DNA from: Spirochaetaceae bacterium
GTDB lineage: Bacteria > Spirochaetota > Spirochaetia > DSM-2461
DNA: 64,000 nt
NCBI GenBank assembly: GCA_051531975.1
Contig: JAOPTT010000001.1
Location: 32,001 to 96,000 of the forward strand
Direction: 5' to 3'
Positions 51,565 through 63,543 of this stretch are shown in pieces (positions within the stretch are counted from its first letter, which is position 1; each line of letters starts with the position of its first letter). The notes beneath the pieces are model-generated. The model had not been told where the DNA came from. It saw nothing but the letters and a program-made list of their open reading frames with translations, and ran no database searches. The position numbers were made by a program, and so were the translations under genes.

Positions 51565-52503
51565 TTATTTATACATACTTTGTTGGCCATTTTTCTTAGC
51601 CACATAATTGGATGTTAAAACTAAAACTAATGCTAATAATGATTTAAAAACACCAACTGCAGTCGCAAAAGAATATCTCATCTGTTCTAAACCTACACGC
51701 CAAACATATGTATCTATAATATCTGCAACACTATAAACTCCTGGATTGTAAAGTAATAAAGTCTCTTCCCAACCCTGATTCAAAATTACACTTATTCTAA
51801 GAATAAACATAATTACTACTGCAAATGATATACTAGGTAAAGTAATATGAACTGTCTGGGCAAATCTACTTGCACCATCAATTCTTGCAGCTTCATATAG
51901 TTGTGGGTCAACACCAGATAGTGCTGCTAAATAGACAATTGTCCCCCACCCTATATTTCTCCAAACAATTGCAGAAACTAAAACTGTTCTAAAGTATCTT
52001 GCATCCCCAAGATAATAGATTGAATCACCGCCAAAATATTCAACTAAACTTGGTATTATTCCATTATTCATTGTTAATAACTGAAAAACCAAACCGGCTA
52101 AAACTATATTTGATAAAAAATACGGCATATAAGAAATGGTTTGTATAACCTTCTTATAATGTTTATTTCTAACTTCATTAATTAAAAGGGCCAGTAATAT
52201 AGGACAAAAGAATTCAAATAACATTCTAAGGCCAGCTAGGGTAAATGTATTTCTCATTATATTCCAGAAATAATGGGATGATATAAATGCAGAAAAATGT
52301 TTTAGCCCAACCCATTCCGAGGTAAGAATTGTTAATACATCATCAAAAGGAGCTACATCTTTAAAAGCTACGAGGGTACCAAGTAGTGGTAAATATCTAA
52401 AAAGAAGAAAATATAACAGACCTGGTAACATTAATACATATAAGAATTTATCACTTACAATTTTTTTGATTATATATTGTCTACGATTTAATTTATTGGG
52501 CAT
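51565..52503 (-). CDS. Carbohydrate ABC permease (LplB-like), paralog 2
   Basis: YLAALSGVDPQLYEAARIDGA. Confidence 0.92.
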   Translation of the reverse strand: MPNKLNRRQYIIKKIVSDKFLYVLMLPGLLYFLLFRYLPLLGTLVAFKDVAPFDDVLTILTSEWVGLKHFSAFISSHYFWNIMRNTFTLAGLRMLFEFFCPILLALLINEVRNKHYKKVIQTISYMPYFLSNIVLAGLVFQLLTMNNGIIPSLVEYFGGDSIYYLGDARYFRTVLVSAIVWRNIGWGTIVYLAALSGVDPQLYEAARIDGASRFAQTVHITLPSISFAVVIMFILRISVILNQGWEETLLLYNPGVYSVADIIDTYVWRVGLEQMRYSFATAVGVFKSLLALVLVLTSNYVAKKNGQQSMYK

Positions 52504-52520
52504 GAACTGCTCCTTAGAAA

Positions 52521-52547
52521 TTCCCCTCTCTAAGAAATAGAGAGGGA
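52521..52547. terminator. Stem-loop between substrate-binding and permease genes
   Basis: CCCTCTCTA-AGAAA-TAGAGAGGG. Confidence 0.65.
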
Positions 52548-52553
52548 TTATTT

Positions 52554-54086
52554 TTATGATCTTTGTGATTTATACATTTTGGTATAGCTATTTATCCAGC
52601 TATCAAGTCCAATATCATAAAGTTCTGCTATAAAGTTATCCCATTCATCCATAGGTCTTGCACCCATAATAAACATGATAACCTGCTCTTCTTTCATTCT
52701 TTGTAGATCAGAATAGGTAGGTATTTCACTTTCAATAATTTCAGGATCGTATAATACTCCAGCATCCACCGGCATTTTCCCTCTAGAATAATCTAAACCA
52801 TCAGGTGTAATTCCAGAAGAAACAGTACCTACACCTAAATATCCAAAGTGTTTTGCCATGTTTGGACTATCTGTTGAAACTGCTCTTTCCATTGGAAGAC
52901 CCATAGCAAAAGCATAATCTCCTAAATATCCAGTTCTATCTTTGATAATCTCGAATTGTAATGCACTTTCATTAGACCATTTCCATAACTCATTTTCAGG
53001 ACCCATATATGCAACTTGGTGGTTTCCTGGATTTGAGTAGAAAAACTCCATTACTTTAATTACAGCTTCAGGATTTTTACATTTAGAAGAGATTAACATA
53101 CCTTCAGCTGATGCAGGTTTTATAGTTTCGGCTTTCCCATATTTACCTGATAGACCACCTTTTGGGAATACCATATTAATTCCAGGATTATTAGATTCTG
53201 TAATTGCATATGGAACAGTTACATTTGAGTACCATGATGCATTTGAAGCGACTTTTCCAGTCTTAATTAGATCTCTAATAATATTTCTATTAAGAGATGC
53301 AAACTCAGCATAAATATAACCTTTTTTATACCATTCGTTCATTTTCATAATAAAATCTTTATATTCTGGTTGTAACTCCTGTGGTTTAATTTTTCCATCA
53401 GAATCTAACCAATTACTCGCACCATATTTTGTAAATGCTCCAGCGAAAGTATTAAAAAGACCACTTGAACCATGTTTACCTTTAAGCTCTGCTAATAGAG
53501 GAATAATATCTGGTTCATTTGCTTTAATAACTTCAAAATAAGTCTCTAATTCATCAATTGTTGATGGTAGTTTTAAGCCATGTTTAGTTGCAAGATCTTC
53601 TCTAATAAACAGTGGATTTCCCATGAAAGGTGTATGTCTTGGAATACCCCATAAATTACCTTTTGTATCTGACATTGCTTCAAATGATTCTTTAGGCCAA
53701 GCTGTTTCGATTGAAGAACCATACTCATCCATTACATCATTAAGTGGCATTATCATCTTTCTTCCAGAGAAATCAGACCAACTGCCCCAAAATGCATCAA
53801 TTTGTGAACCTGAAGCAAGTAGTAAGTTTAGTTTTTGTGATTCCTGTCCAACAACAGGTGCTATAACTTCTACATCTACTCCAGTTTCTGCTAAAATCCA
53901 GGCTCTCATTGCAGCTATAGCTTGTGGAGAACTTGATGTCTCACCTCCAGCAGCACTAATTACTCCATTATTGTTATAAATAACAATTTTAGGTGCTTCA
54001 CTCTTTTTAGAGTCCTCTTTTGCTCCATTAGAAAACAGAGTTACACTAATACATAATGTAACTAACAACATAATCATTTTTTTCAT
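52554..54086 (-). CDS. Carbohydrate ABC substrate-binding protein, paralog 2
   Basis: Same length (510 aa) and motifs as 48810-50342. Confidence 0.92.
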   Translation of the reverse strand: MKKMIMLLVTLCISVTLFSNGAKEDSKKSEAPKIVIYNNNGVISAAGGETSSSPQAIAAMRAWILAETGVDVEVIAPVVGQESQKLNLLLASGSQIDAFWGSWSDFSGRKMIMPLNDVMDEYGSSIETAWPKESFEAMSDTKGNLWGIPRHTPFMGNPLFIREDLATKHGLKLPSTIDELETYFEVIKANEPDIIPLLAELKGKHGSSGLFNTFAGAFTKYGASNWLDSDGKIKPQELQPEYKDFIMKMNEWYKKGYIYAEFASLNRNIIRDLIKTGKVASNASWYSNVTVPYAITESNNPGINMVFPKGGLSGKYGKAETIKPASAEGMLISSKCKNPEAVIKVMEFFYSNPGNHQVAYMGPENELWKWSNESALQFEIIKDRTGYLGDYAFAMGLPMERAVSTDSPNMAKHFGYLGVGTVSSGITPDGLDYSRGKMPVDAGVLYDPEIIESEIPTYSDLQRMKEEQVIMFIMGARPMDEWDNFIAELYDIGLDSWINSYTKMYKSQRS

Positions 54087-54220
54087 TCCAATCTCCTGTG
54101 TAAAATATTTGATTAAGTTAAGTTACACCTGCAAATAGTTGGCGTATATAATGATTTAATGACAATTATAGGCTATTAATTGATAGTATAAATAGTGCTA
54201 TTATTAGATTTTAGTGCTAT

Positions 54221-56545
54221 CTATTGCACTAGTTTCCTATGTTCTCCAGGGGTATGCCCAGTTTTCTTTTTAAAAAGTCTGATAAAATAATTACTATTAA
54301 AATATCCAACTTCTTCTGCAATTTGTGATATTCGTAGTTCTGAATCATGTAATAAAATAATAGCTTTTTTGATTCTAATATCAGTTAAATAATCAATAAA
54401 TGATATATTCATATTTTCTTTAAACAGTCTACTTACATAAGATGGGTTTAAATTTATTTTATCAGCAACAATATTTAGGTTAATATCCTGTCCATATTCA
54501 CTATTAAGAAAAGAAATTATATTATCAATATTTTCATTTTTCTTTATTTCAGATGATACAGATATATTTCTACTTATTTTAATAATGTAGTTACATAACT
54601 GAATATTAACTTCCTTTAAAGTTCTACTTTTAAATATGAGGTCCACTGGATCTTCATCATCTAATAACTTTGTATCATTTGATTTAACAACGCTTAATAT
54701 ATCTAATACAAAAGATAAATATATATGTTTAGCACTAATAAAACTAATTTCTTGCCTTTTATCTGTTAACTCTTTATATACCTCATTTATTAAACTTGTA
54801 GCTTCTTCCAAATTGCCAGTTTTAATAAACTCTTTTAACAGATCAGAACGAATCCCAGGATCAAAGCTATTTTTTTTATCTTTTAATCTATCCATATCAC
54901 CAAAATATATTAGTTGCCCGGTACCAGATAGTGTTCGGAATTTTACAGAGTCAGTAGCTTGAGTAAAAGATAGTGGCAGATCAAAGATTGTTCTTGCAGG
55001 TGTTCCTAATCCAATTGTTACATCAAATCCAGTTACTTCTTTTATTTTACTCATTAATCCATATATTCTTGGATATGTACTATCTATATTTATATCGTTC
55101 AGATTATATATAACACATATTTCAGTTGATGAAAGTGAAAAATATTCACCTTTATACCTTGTAAAAAAATACTCAATTATTAACTGTTGTATTTTAATTA
55201 AAACTAGGATCTTTTCCTCTAACGAGATTGAATTAATTGTATAAAAATCTGCTAAAATTATAAATGTTCCTAGGTTTTCCATTTGTAAATCAGATTTTAT
55301 AAACTGTAACCTTTCAGTAATATCATCAATTTTATAATCATTATTATTTGTTATTTTTGCAAAAAAGTCCTTTTTATACGATGGAAGACTCTCCTCAAAC
55401 TGTTTCTTTAATTCTAATCTTTGAGACCTGTATCTATTTAAAGATTTTTGTATCAATGTTAAATCTCCATAAGTGGGTACATTCTCATCATCTATAGATC
55501 CTGCATACTTAGAAAGTTTATTTATTGGAGAGTATAGTCGCTTACTTAGAAAATATACTAAAAAAAGAGATATTATAAAGAATATTAGAGAAATTAGAAA
55601 TATACGAAGTTTAAAAGGTTTAATTATATTAGTAAGATTTTCTGATCCAGATACTGAGTAAATAGTCCAACCTAATCCTGTAACATTCAGACTATTTATC
55701 ATATATTTTTTGTCATAAATAGTTTGAAAGTCATCAAAACTAGTAACGTTTGATGATAATATTGATATATGATTTATAATATCTTCATTTTCTGATGAAT
55801 AGAGTAGTGGATCTCCAGTTTTAGATAATATAAAGAAAAAATCATTGTTATTCCAATTAACACTATCTAGTATCTTTTTATACAAAATTTCTGTATCAAT
55901 ATTAATTACAAAAGGAATTTCATCTGTAATATTCTCAAATATGATCGATATAACATTCTTTTTAGATTTAACATTTTCACCTACAAATCTGCTAGGCATA
56001 ATGTAAGGTAAAAGGTTTCCATCTTTTATAACATTTAACCACTCTTTATCTTCAAAGATATTAAGATCAACTGGTAATTTCCCATTTTTAAATATTTTTT
56101 TTCTAGAAGTATCATAAAAGTATATAGAATCAATAAAAGGATTAGACAGCGTTATAGTATCCAATTTACTATATATTTCACCACGAAGTTTTAAGTATTC
56201 GTAAAACCTTTTAAAATCCTTGGTTGTATAATCTTTTGATTTATATGAAAAGTCTTCAAAGTACTCTTTATCCAAAATCCTAACATAGTCACTAAAACTA
56301 TCATCAATGGATAATAACTTTGAAAAATCTAAAATATTATCTATAGCAATTTCCAGGGAGTTACTCATCTGTTCCAGGTATATGGTGTTTGCCTCTTTTG
56401 CTTTAATTGTTATTAACTGGATATAATTTTGTGAAAAAATGAATGTAACTATAAGTGAAGGGAATACTGAAATAATTAGAATGTTTAAAATTATTTTATA
56501 ATAATAGTTCCCTCTATTTTTAATTATATGGTCTAGTTTTTTCAT
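54221..56545 (-). CDS. Membrane-anchored AraC-family regulator
   Basis: Two TM, periplasmic domain, C-terminal AraC HTH YVSRLFK...YFIRLFKKKTGHTPGE. Confidence 0.88.
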   Translation of the reverse strand: MKKLDHIIKNRGNYYYKIILNILIISVFPSLIVTFIFSQNYIQLITIKAKEANTIYLEQMSNSLEIAIDNILDFSKLLSIDDSFSDYVRILDKEYFEDFSYKSKDYTTKDFKRFYEYLKLRGEIYSKLDTITLSNPFIDSIYFYDTSRKKIFKNGKLPVDLNIFEDKEWLNVIKDGNLLPYIMPSRFVGENVKSKKNVISIIFENITDEIPFVINIDTEILYKKILDSVNWNNNDFFFILSKTGDPLLYSSENEDIINHISILSSNVTSFDDFQTIYDKKYMINSLNVTGLGWTIYSVSGSENLTNIIKPFKLRIFLISLIFFIISLFLVYFLSKRLYSPINKLSKYAGSIDDENVPTYGDLTLIQKSLNRYRSQRLELKKQFEESLPSYKKDFFAKITNNNDYKIDDITERLQFIKSDLQMENLGTFIILADFYTINSISLEEKILVLIKIQQLIIEYFFTRYKGEYFSLSSTEICVIYNLNDINIDSTYPRIYGLMSKIKEVTGFDVTIGLGTPARTIFDLPLSFTQATDSVKFRTLSGTGQLIYFGDMDRLKDKKNSFDPGIRSDLLKEFIKTGNLEEATSLINEVYKELTDKRQEISFISAKHIYLSFVLDILSVVKSNDTKLLDDEDPVDLIFKSRTLKEVNIQLCNYIIKISRNISVSSEIKKNENIDNIISFLNSEYGQDINLNIVADKINLNPSYVSRLFKENMNISFIDYLTDIRIKKAIILLHDSELRISQIAEEVGYFNSNYFIRLFKKKTGHTPGEHRKLVQ

Positions 56546-56652
56546 AAATTCCCTTAAAAAAAAGTATTTTTGATTAATCTATTATATACCATTTTATTGG
56601 CTTTATATAATAAAATAAAGTATAATATACAAAAATATAGAGGTGTATACAT

Positions 56653-57309
56653 ATGGAAAGTTTCATTATTAATAATTATATAAATTTAATCTGGGACTAT
56701 CATCAGCTTTATAACAAACCTGAAAAAGCTGACTGTATTTTTACCCTAGGAAGTAATGATCAACGTATTGCAGAGTATGCTTCAAATCTTTATCTAGATG
56801 GTTTTGCTCCATATCTAATATTCTCTGGAGGAATTGCTCATAGTGGAGATCTGTTATCAACAGGTTGGGATAAAAGTGAAGCTGAAATATTTGCTGACGT
56901 AGCTATTAATATGGGAGTTCCAAAAGATAAAATAATCATAGAAAAGCAAGCAAAAAATACAGGAGAAAATGTTCTGTTTACAGAAAAGATTTTAAAAGAA
57001 AAAAACATTAAATTTGATAAAATTATCGCAGTTCAAAAACCGTATATGGAAAGAAGAACATACGCGACTATTAAAGTTCATTGGCCACATAAAAATGTAA
57101 TAGTAACTTCTCCTAATATAAGTCTCGAAGAGTACCCAACTTCCAATATTAAAAAAGGAGACGTAATTAATATTATGGTTGGGGATCTTCAAAGGATAAT
57201 GGATTATCCGGCTTTGGGTTATCAAATAAAGCAGGAAGTTCCGGATAACGTAAAACATGCTTATAAAAAACTAGTTGAATTTGGTTTTGATAAGCACCTA
57301 ATACATTAA
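56653..57309 (+). CDS. YdcF/DUF218 family protein
   Basis: [31 protein letters not shown]. Confidence 0.88.
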   Translation: MESFIINNYINLIWDYHQLYNKPEKADCIFTLGSNDQRIAEYASNLYLDGFAPYLIFSGGIAHSGDLLSTGWDKSEAEIFADVAINMGVPKDKIIIEKQAKNTGENVLFTEKILKEKNIKFDKIIAVQKPYMERRTYATIKVHWPHKNVIVTSPNISLEEYPTSNIKKGDVINIMVGDLQRIMDYPALGYQIKQEVPDNVKHAYKKLVEFGFDKHLIH

Positions 57310-59144
57310 ACTGTTTGAAACTCATTAACCTCGTCATTAATTTCTCTACTTACAACTTCAACTCGATCTGTTATCTCTTTTAATCCAGACATAGCATCTG
57401 TTATCTCTCTAAATCCAATATTTACTTCTGAAATTGAACATGTAACAGAGTTAGATATATCTGAAACATTTGATATTAAGGAATTTATCGACATTGCACT
57501 ACTGTTCATAGATTCTGATTTATCCTGAACTGTTGATGATATATTTTCCAATCTTTCCATGGTTTTTAATATTTGATCACCATCGATATTAAGTTTCGAA
57601 GTACTATGTGAAACTTTATTAAGTTCTTCAGAAATTACTTTTATTCTCTCATTTATTTTTAAAAATGCCTCTCTTGTATTTTGACCAGCTGATGAGGCAT
57701 TTTCAAATTTAGTAATTATATATTTCAAATTCGAACTAATATCCTTACTATTCTGCGTTGATGCAACAGCAAGTTTTCTTATTTCATCTGCAACTACTGC
57801 AAATCCCTTTCCCGCATCACCTGCGTGAGCGGCTTCAATTGCAGCATTCATAGATAATAAATTAGTCTGATCTGAAATATTCTGAATTATCTCAGTCATA
57901 CTGTTTATCTCATTTACTGATGAGTTTATATCATCAATTATATCGTTTGTCTCTGAAAGTTTTTCATCACCTTCTAAGACAGTACGTTCAAGTAATTTTA
58001 GAATATCCTTATTATGATTAGTCATTAAGGATATCTCAGAAATGGAGCTAATCATATTTGATATGGAGTCCCCGGACTCTTTAACCATTGTTATCTGTTT
58101 AAAAATGTACTCATTTAATTCACTTGAGAACTCAGAAATCTCTACTGAATCCTGTTTCGATTGATTTATATGGTTATCTAACATAGAAATTTTACTATCT
58201 ATGGAATTTATATTTGCTGATATTTCTACTGCCGCTGCTGAAGTTTCTGTTGTTGTAGCTACTAACTCTTCTTTAACTTCTTCGTTAATTCTAGAAGAAT
58301 TTTTTATTTTATTTAACGAGCTGCTTAACCATGATTGGAATGTACTCATTTTATCACTAAGTAATCCAATCTCATCACTGGATTTAACATGAATATTATG
58401 GATAAGATTACCTGTAGCCATCACTGATAGGCTACTCTCCAGTTTTTTTATAGATTTTGTAATTTTAGAAGCACTTGTTATAGAAACAATTACTGAAATA
58501 AGTAGTGTCGATAACATTATTCCCATAGTAATAAATAGTCCTATTCTTTTAAAATAGGCAGCATAATTATCAATAATAATATATTGATCATGAATAGCTC
58601 TTTCCGAGGATTCAAGAGTTAGGATTACAACTCCCAGTTGTTTTTTTATTGTATTATTTAACCCTGATAGCTCATTAAAATATGGTAATAATTTTGTTTT
58701 TGACCTGTTTATATCCTGGATTGCAAATGATGAATCTAAACTATCAATTGTATTAAATAAAGCGTTTATTGATGTATATAATTTATCTTCCGCTTTACTC
58801 TGAAGTAACTCTAGATCAACTATTGTATCTAAAGCAACTTTTACATCTAAACTAAGGTTAGGAAGTGATTTGAAATCTTTAACTCTAAAGATAGAAGTTT
58901 TTTTAAGGTTAACAATATCTTTTAGTTCCTTGGATTGTTTTAAAATAGGAGTTCTATCTGTTAGGAATTTAGTTAATTCGATTATTTCCATTTTCATTAA
59001 AGAGCTTATTGTTTCAAGTTCTTTTTTTTCGTTTTCAATTTTAGTTATTCTGAGTTGAAAACCAATATATGAACCCATTGATATGATCATAGCGGTTAAA
59101 ATTGAAAAAATTAGGGTCAGTAATTTTGCCTTAATTTTCATCAT
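57306..59144 (-). CDS. Methyl-accepting chemotaxis protein
   Basis: [38 protein letters not shown], 2 TM. Confidence 0.95.
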   Translation of the reverse strand: MMKIKAKLLTLIFSILTAMIISMGSYIGFQLRITKIENEKKELETISSLMKMEIIELTKFLTDRTPILKQSKELKDIVNLKKTSIFRVKDFKSLPNLSLDVKVALDTIVDLELLQSKAEDKLYTSINALFNTIDSLDSSFAIQDINRSKTKLLPYFNELSGLNNTIKKQLGVVILTLESSERAIHDQYIIIDNYAAYFKRIGLFITMGIMLSTLLISVIVSITSASKITKSIKKLESSLSVMATGNLIHNIHVKSSDEIGLLSDKMSTFQSWLSSSLNKIKNSSRINEEVKEELVATTTETSAAAVEISANINSIDSKISMLDNHINQSKQDSVEISEFSSELNEYIFKQITMVKESGDSISNMISSISEISLMTNHNKDILKLLERTVLEGDEKLSETNDIIDDINSSVNEINSMTEIIQNISDQTNLLSMNAAIEAAHAGDAGKGFAVVADEIRKLAVASTQNSKDISSNLKYIITKFENASSAGQNTREAFLKINERIKVISEELNKVSHSTSKLNIDGDQILKTMERLENISSTVQDKSESMNSSAMSINSLISNVSDISNSVTCSISEVNIGFREITDAMSGLKEITDRVEVVSREINDEVNEFQTV

Positions 59145-59595
59145 TTACTCTTATTTTAAACACCAATTTTTTAACCATAGATTTTTGATTATATAATAGT
59201 GCTGGAGTATGCAACTCTCCTGGCATTACTAATACAAAGTAACCATTTTTCAGATGGAAATTATATCCTTCAGATAATTTAAAAAACTCAATATCATTAT
59301 CTTTGTTATATTCCTCTTTGATCTCCTGGTTATTAAAAGGTAAAACTCTAAATAGTTCATCACCTTCAACTAAGAGTTGTATATCAATATAGTTTTTATG
59401 GGATTCATATACGCAGTCGATACTATCTTTGGTTTCATACTCAAATAACATGACAAATACTTTATCACCATCAATCTCATATTTCCCAGGTTTTAATTTG
59501 TTAAAATCCATGTCTTTCATATAATTAAGTGCAATATCAAGGTTATTAGAAAGCCCTAAGTATTGATCAGTATTTTCTATCTTGTCATATATCAT
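59131..59595 (-). CDS. YhcH/YjgK/YiaL family protein (NanQ-like)
   Basis: [31 protein letters not shown]. Confidence 0.88.
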   Translation of the reverse strand: MIYDKIENTDQYLGLSNNLDIALNYMKDMDFNKLKPGKYEIDGDKVFVMLFEYETKDSIDCVYESHKNYIDIQLLVEGDELFRVLPFNNQEIKEEYNKDNDIEFFKLSEGYNFHLKNGYFVLVMPGELHTPALLYNQKSMVKKLVFKIRVNDEN

Positions 59596-59611
59596 AATAT
59601 CTCCTAAATAA

Positions 59612-59648
59612 AACCTCTGCCCATCTGTGGAGGATTCTAGGCAGAGGT
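59612..59648 (-). terminator. Stem-loop after the nanA-like gene
   Basis: ACCTCTGCC...GGCAGAGGT. Confidence 0.55.
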
Positions 59649-59655
59649 AAAAAAT

Positions 59656-60582
59656 TTAAATAACGTCTAAAAAGTCTATTCCTGTTATGTTATATTCTTT
59701 TTTAAGAGCTCTAAACTCTTCTTTCATTACTTCTTCTTCCTGAAGTGTATAGTTCTTAAAAGGTCTTCTACAGTATCCAGCATCTACACCCATCCAAGCT
59801 AATGCACGTTTCATAGTTCCTACATAGTTTTTTTGAACAGCATGCATAATTATTGCATTGGCAAATTTTTGTTTCTCTTTTGCAGTTGGTAGATCGTTAT
59901 TATTCATAGCGTTATATATATCAATAAATACTTCTGGCATTAAGTTGTAAAATGAACCAATTAGACCATCTGCTCCAAATGCCATTCCTGACATTGACAT
60001 CTCATCACTACCTGAATAGATTAAAAAATCATCTCCAAGGTCCTTTTTTAATCTCATGATATCAAAGTGAGTTGAAGCCGTAAATTTCAGACCTTTAACA
60101 CCTTCAATCTCTGCAAATCTCTTAACCTGCTCATAACTTTGTAAACCAGCAAGCATTATGTTATATACGATCATTGGTAAAGATGTAGACTCTGTAATAT
60201 CTTTATAATAGTTAAATACATCATCTGCATTAAATCTCCAATAAAACGGAGGCACAGAGGAAATTGCATCTGCACCTTTCTCTTCAGCATGTTTAGCAAG
60301 ATCAATAGAAATTTTTGTTCCAATAGCACCTACGTGTACAATTATTGGAATTCTTCCTGCAGCCTGATCAATAACAACTTCAACAACAGTTTTTCTCTCT
60401 TCCGGAGTCATTAAAAAACCTTCACCAGTACTACCTGTTAGGTATAAACCATCAACTTTTTTACTAATTAAATGCTCAACAACAGCTCGCATTCTCTTTT
60501 CATCAAAGTTCTCGTTTTCATCAAACGTTGTAATTAACGCTGGGATAACACCTTTAATATCCTTAATCTCAAAATTAGCCAT
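59656..60582 (-). CDS. nanA: N-acetylneuraminate lyase-like (DHDPS/NAL family)
   Basis: GSTGEG, VYNI, GLKFT (Schiff-base Lys), SGSDEM, IGSFYN; start ATG 60582; adjacent to a NanQ-like gene. Confidence 0.7.
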   Translation of the reverse strand: MANFEIKDIKGVIPALITTFDENENFDEKRMRAVVEHLISKKVDGLYLTGSTGEGFLMTPEERKTVVEVVIDQAAGRIPIIVHVGAIGTKISIDLAKHAEEKGADAISSVPPFYWRFNADDVFNYYKDITESTSLPMIVYNIMLAGLQSYEQVKRFAEIEGVKGLKFTASTHFDIMRLKKDLGDDFLIYSGSDEMSMSGMAFGADGLIGSFYNLMPEVFIDIYNAMNNNDLPTAKEKQKFANAIIMHAVQKNYVGTMKRALAWMGVDAGYCRRPFKNYTLQEEEVMKEEFRALKKEYNITGIDFLDVI

Positions 60583-60596
60583 ATATTCCTCTCTTC

Positions 60597-61598
60597 TTAT
60601 TTTATAAAATGACAAGATGCAAAATGTTCTATTCCATCTGTGCCATAATTTTTTAGTTTTGGTACTACTGTTTTGCAAATATCTTTGCATTCAGGACATC
60701 TAGGATGAAATGGGCAACCTGATGGTGGATTAACTGGACTTGGGACATCCCCTTCCAGAATTATTCTTTTAGTTTTTTTATTCAGGTCTGCTACTGGGAT
60801 TGCCGATAAAAGTGCTCTTGTATATGGGTGCAAAGTATTTTTATATAGCTCTTCACTCTCGGTTAATTCAACAATTTTACCAAGATACATAACTGCAACT
60901 CTGTCACTTATATACTCAACAACACTTAGGTCATGGGTAATAAACAGATAGGTTAAATTACGTTCATCCTTTAACTTTTTGAGTAGCTTAAGAACTTGAG
61001 CCTGAATTGATACATCTAAAGCACTTACTGCTTCATCGCAAATTATAACTTCAGGATTAATACTAAGTGCTCTAGCAATTCCAATTCTTTGTCTCTGACC
61101 ACCGGAAAATTCATGGGGATAACGGTCCATATATTCAGGTCTTAAGTTAACAGCTTCTAAAAGATCACCTATAATTTTTCTTCTCTCTTCTCTGGTTTTA
61201 ACACCATACTTTTTTAATGGATCAGATAGAGATCCAAAGACAGTAAACGCAGGATTCAGTGATGAATGAGGATCCTGAAATACTATTTGTAACTTCTTTC
61301 TATATGGATCCATCTCTTTATGGTTTAGAGTACGAAGGTTAACCTCTGTATCACTGTTTTTATAGATAATATCGCCACCAGTGGACTCAATTAATTGAAG
61401 AATAGATTTACCAAGTGTTGTTTTTCCACAACCACTCTCACCTACAATTCCTAATGTTTCACCTTTATATATATCAATATCAATACCATCTACAGCTTTG
61501 ACATGACCTGTAATTTTTTTGAATACACCTGTTCGGATCGGAAAATGGGTTTTCATACCTCGAAGTTTTAAAATAACCTCTCTCTTCTCTTTAGTCAT
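60597..61598 (-). CDS. oppF: Oligopeptide/dipeptide-type ABC ATPase (OppF-like)
   Basis: GESGCGKT, YPHEFSGGQRQR, CDEAVSALD, PPSGCPFHPRC. Confidence 0.88.
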   Translation of the reverse strand: MTKEKREVILKLRGMKTHFPIRTGVFKKITGHVKAVDGIDIDIYKGETLGIVGESGCGKTTLGKSILQLIESTGGDIIYKNSDTEVNLRTLNHKEMDPYRKKLQIVFQDPHSSLNPAFTVFGSLSDPLKKYGVKTREERRKIIGDLLEAVNLRPEYMDRYPHEFSGGQRQRIGIARALSINPEVIICDEAVSALDVSIQAQVLKLLKKLKDERNLTYLFITHDLSVVEYISDRVAVMYLGKIVELTESEELYKNTLHPYTRALLSAIPVADLNKKTKRIILEGDVPSPVNPPSGCPFHPRCPECKDICKTVVPKLKNYGTDGIEHFASCHFIK

Positions 61599-62595
61599 TT
61601 TTAGTTGCCTCCATATAATTCCAGCACATAACCTTGTGACTTTCTGAAATATCAACATTTTTAGGAATGTTAAAGCATGTTTCAGTCGCAAAATCGCATC
61701 TTGGACTAAACTGACAACCTTTTGGTCTATTTAACGGGTCAGGTGTAGAGCCTTTAATGGCTTCAAGTTCCTGATTTTTCCCTAGTCCTAATACAGGAAT
61801 TGATGTTAAAAGAGCTTTAGTATATGGGTGTGTAGGTCTATTAAGAATATCTTCTACAGTTCCACTCTCTACAATATTACCCATATACATAACTGCTACG
61901 TCGTCTGCTAACTCTGTAACAACACCCATGTCGTGGGTTATCAACATAATTGCGGTGTTATAGTCCTTCTTTAACTTCTCCATAAGCTCAAAAATTTGTG
62001 CCTGAATAGTGACATCCAAAGCAGTTGTAGGTTCATCGGCTATTAAAACCTGGGGATTACAAGACATTGCCATTGCGATCATAGCTCTCTGTCTCATTCC
62101 TCCTGAAAATTGGTGAGGATACTCTTTTGCCCTTAGTTCAGGAGAAGGTATTCCCATTGACTTAAGTAGTTCAACAGCTTTAAATCCTGCTTCTTTTTTT
62201 GATAATTCAGAATGATAGATAATATTTTCAGCTATCTGGTCTCCAACTTTAAATACTGGATTAAGTGCAGTCATAGGGTCTTGGAAAATCATTGCAATTT
62301 CCCCTCCGCGAATTGATCGCATCTTTGAACCATTTTGTTCCAATTCGTCAATTCTTAGAGCACCACCATCTCTATGGTATATGATCTCTCCCTCTTCAAT
62401 TCTAGAGAGTTTAGGTAGCAGCCCCATAATTGATGCAGCAGTAACACTTTTACCACATCCACTCTCACCAACTATGCAGAGAGTTTTTCCCTTTCTTACT
62501 TTAAAAGAGACTCCATTTAGAGCTTTATTACATCTTTTGTTAGTATAGAAGAATGTTTTTAAGTTATTAACTTCTATTATTGTATCGTTATTCAT
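61591..62595 (-). CDS. oppD: Oligopeptide/dipeptide-type ABC ATPase (OppD-like)
   Basis: GESGCGKS, FSGGMRQR, ADEPTTALDVT. Confidence 0.88.
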   Translation of the reverse strand: MNNDTIIEVNNLKTFFYTNKRCNKALNGVSFKVRKGKTLCIVGESGCGKSVTAASIMGLLPKLSRIEEGEIIYHRDGGALRIDELEQNGSKMRSIRGGEIAMIFQDPMTALNPVFKVGDQIAENIIYHSELSKKEAGFKAVELLKSMGIPSPELRAKEYPHQFSGGMRQRAMIAMAMSCNPQVLIADEPTTALDVTIQAQIFELMEKLKKDYNTAIMLITHDMGVVTELADDVAVMYMGNIVESGTVEDILNRPTHPYTKALLTSIPVLGLGKNQELEAIKGSTPDPLNRPKGCQFSPRCDFATETCFNIPKNVDISESHKVMCWNYMEATKND

Positions 62596-62605
62596 TAATA
62601 TCCCC

Positions 62606-63535
62606 CTATCCCTGTTGTGATGGATCTGTAGAATCTCTTAGTCCATCTCCAATAAAGTTAACACTTAGTACAAAAAGGGATATAACTATTCCTACTGGTA
62701 GCCATAACCACCAACTATTCTGAAGTATTCTTAATTCCTGTGCAGAGTTTAGGATATTACCCCAAGTTGCAATATTCATTGGAACACCTAGACCTAAAAA
62801 GCTTAGAGCAGCTTCCTGAAGAATAAACATAGCAGTACTAAGTGTTATATTTACCATAATTGGTCCTAAAGCATTAGGTAGTATATGTTTATAACATATT
62901 GTAAAAGTATTTAGACCAAATGCATTTAAAGCCTGTACATACTCCTCTTCTCTTAATGACAACATCTTAGCTCTAGACATCCTGTACATAGGAGCCCAAC
63001 CAGTAAGAACAAATATTACAATCAGATTCATTAAACTCTGACCTAATATTGAAACTAATAGAAGAACAAGTATTATTTGTGGAAATGACATAAATATTTC
63101 TGATAGTCTCAAAAATAGACCATCAATTAGCCCACCCTTATATCCTGCATAACAACCAATAGTTACACCTATTAATGCTGCTCCTAATGCTGATCCCAAA
63201 CCAACTAATATAGAAACACGACCACCATAAATTATTCTTGAATAAATATCTCGACCAACCCTATCGGTACCTAAAAAATGGTCAGCTGATGGAGGCCTAA
63301 GTGCACTTTTTAAATTAATCGCCAATGGATCATGTGTTGATATTAGCGGAGCAAATATTGTACATAACATTATTATTAAAAAGATTATTATTCCCGATAC
63401 TGCGAGTTTATTATTTAACATCTTTCTTAATTGTCGATTCATACTACTTTTTTTTAGTAGACCTGCTTCTTCCTGAGCTCTCAACTTATCGAAACTCTTA
63501 TGTAATTTTCTGTTTTTTTGCTTAAATATACTCAT
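62606..63535 (-). CDS. oppC: Peptide/nickel-type ABC permease (OppC-like)
   Basis: HFLGTDRVGRD, HILPN, NFIGDGLRD. Confidence 0.88.
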   Translation of the reverse strand: MSIFKQKNRKLHKSFDKLRAQEEAGLLKKSSMNRQLRKMLNNKLAVSGIIIFLIIMLCTIFAPLISTHDPLAINLKSALRPPSADHFLGTDRVGRDIYSRIIYGGRVSILVGLGSALGAALIGVTIGCYAGYKGGLIDGLFLRLSEIFMSFPQIILVLLLVSILGQSLMNLIVIFVLTGWAPMYRMSRAKMLSLREEEYVQALNAFGLNTFTICYKHILPNALGPIMVNITLSTAMFILQEAALSFLGLGVPMNIATWGNILNSAQELRILQNSWWLWLPVGIVISLFVLSVNFIGDGLRDSTDPSQQG

Positions 63536-63543
63536 AAGGCCCC

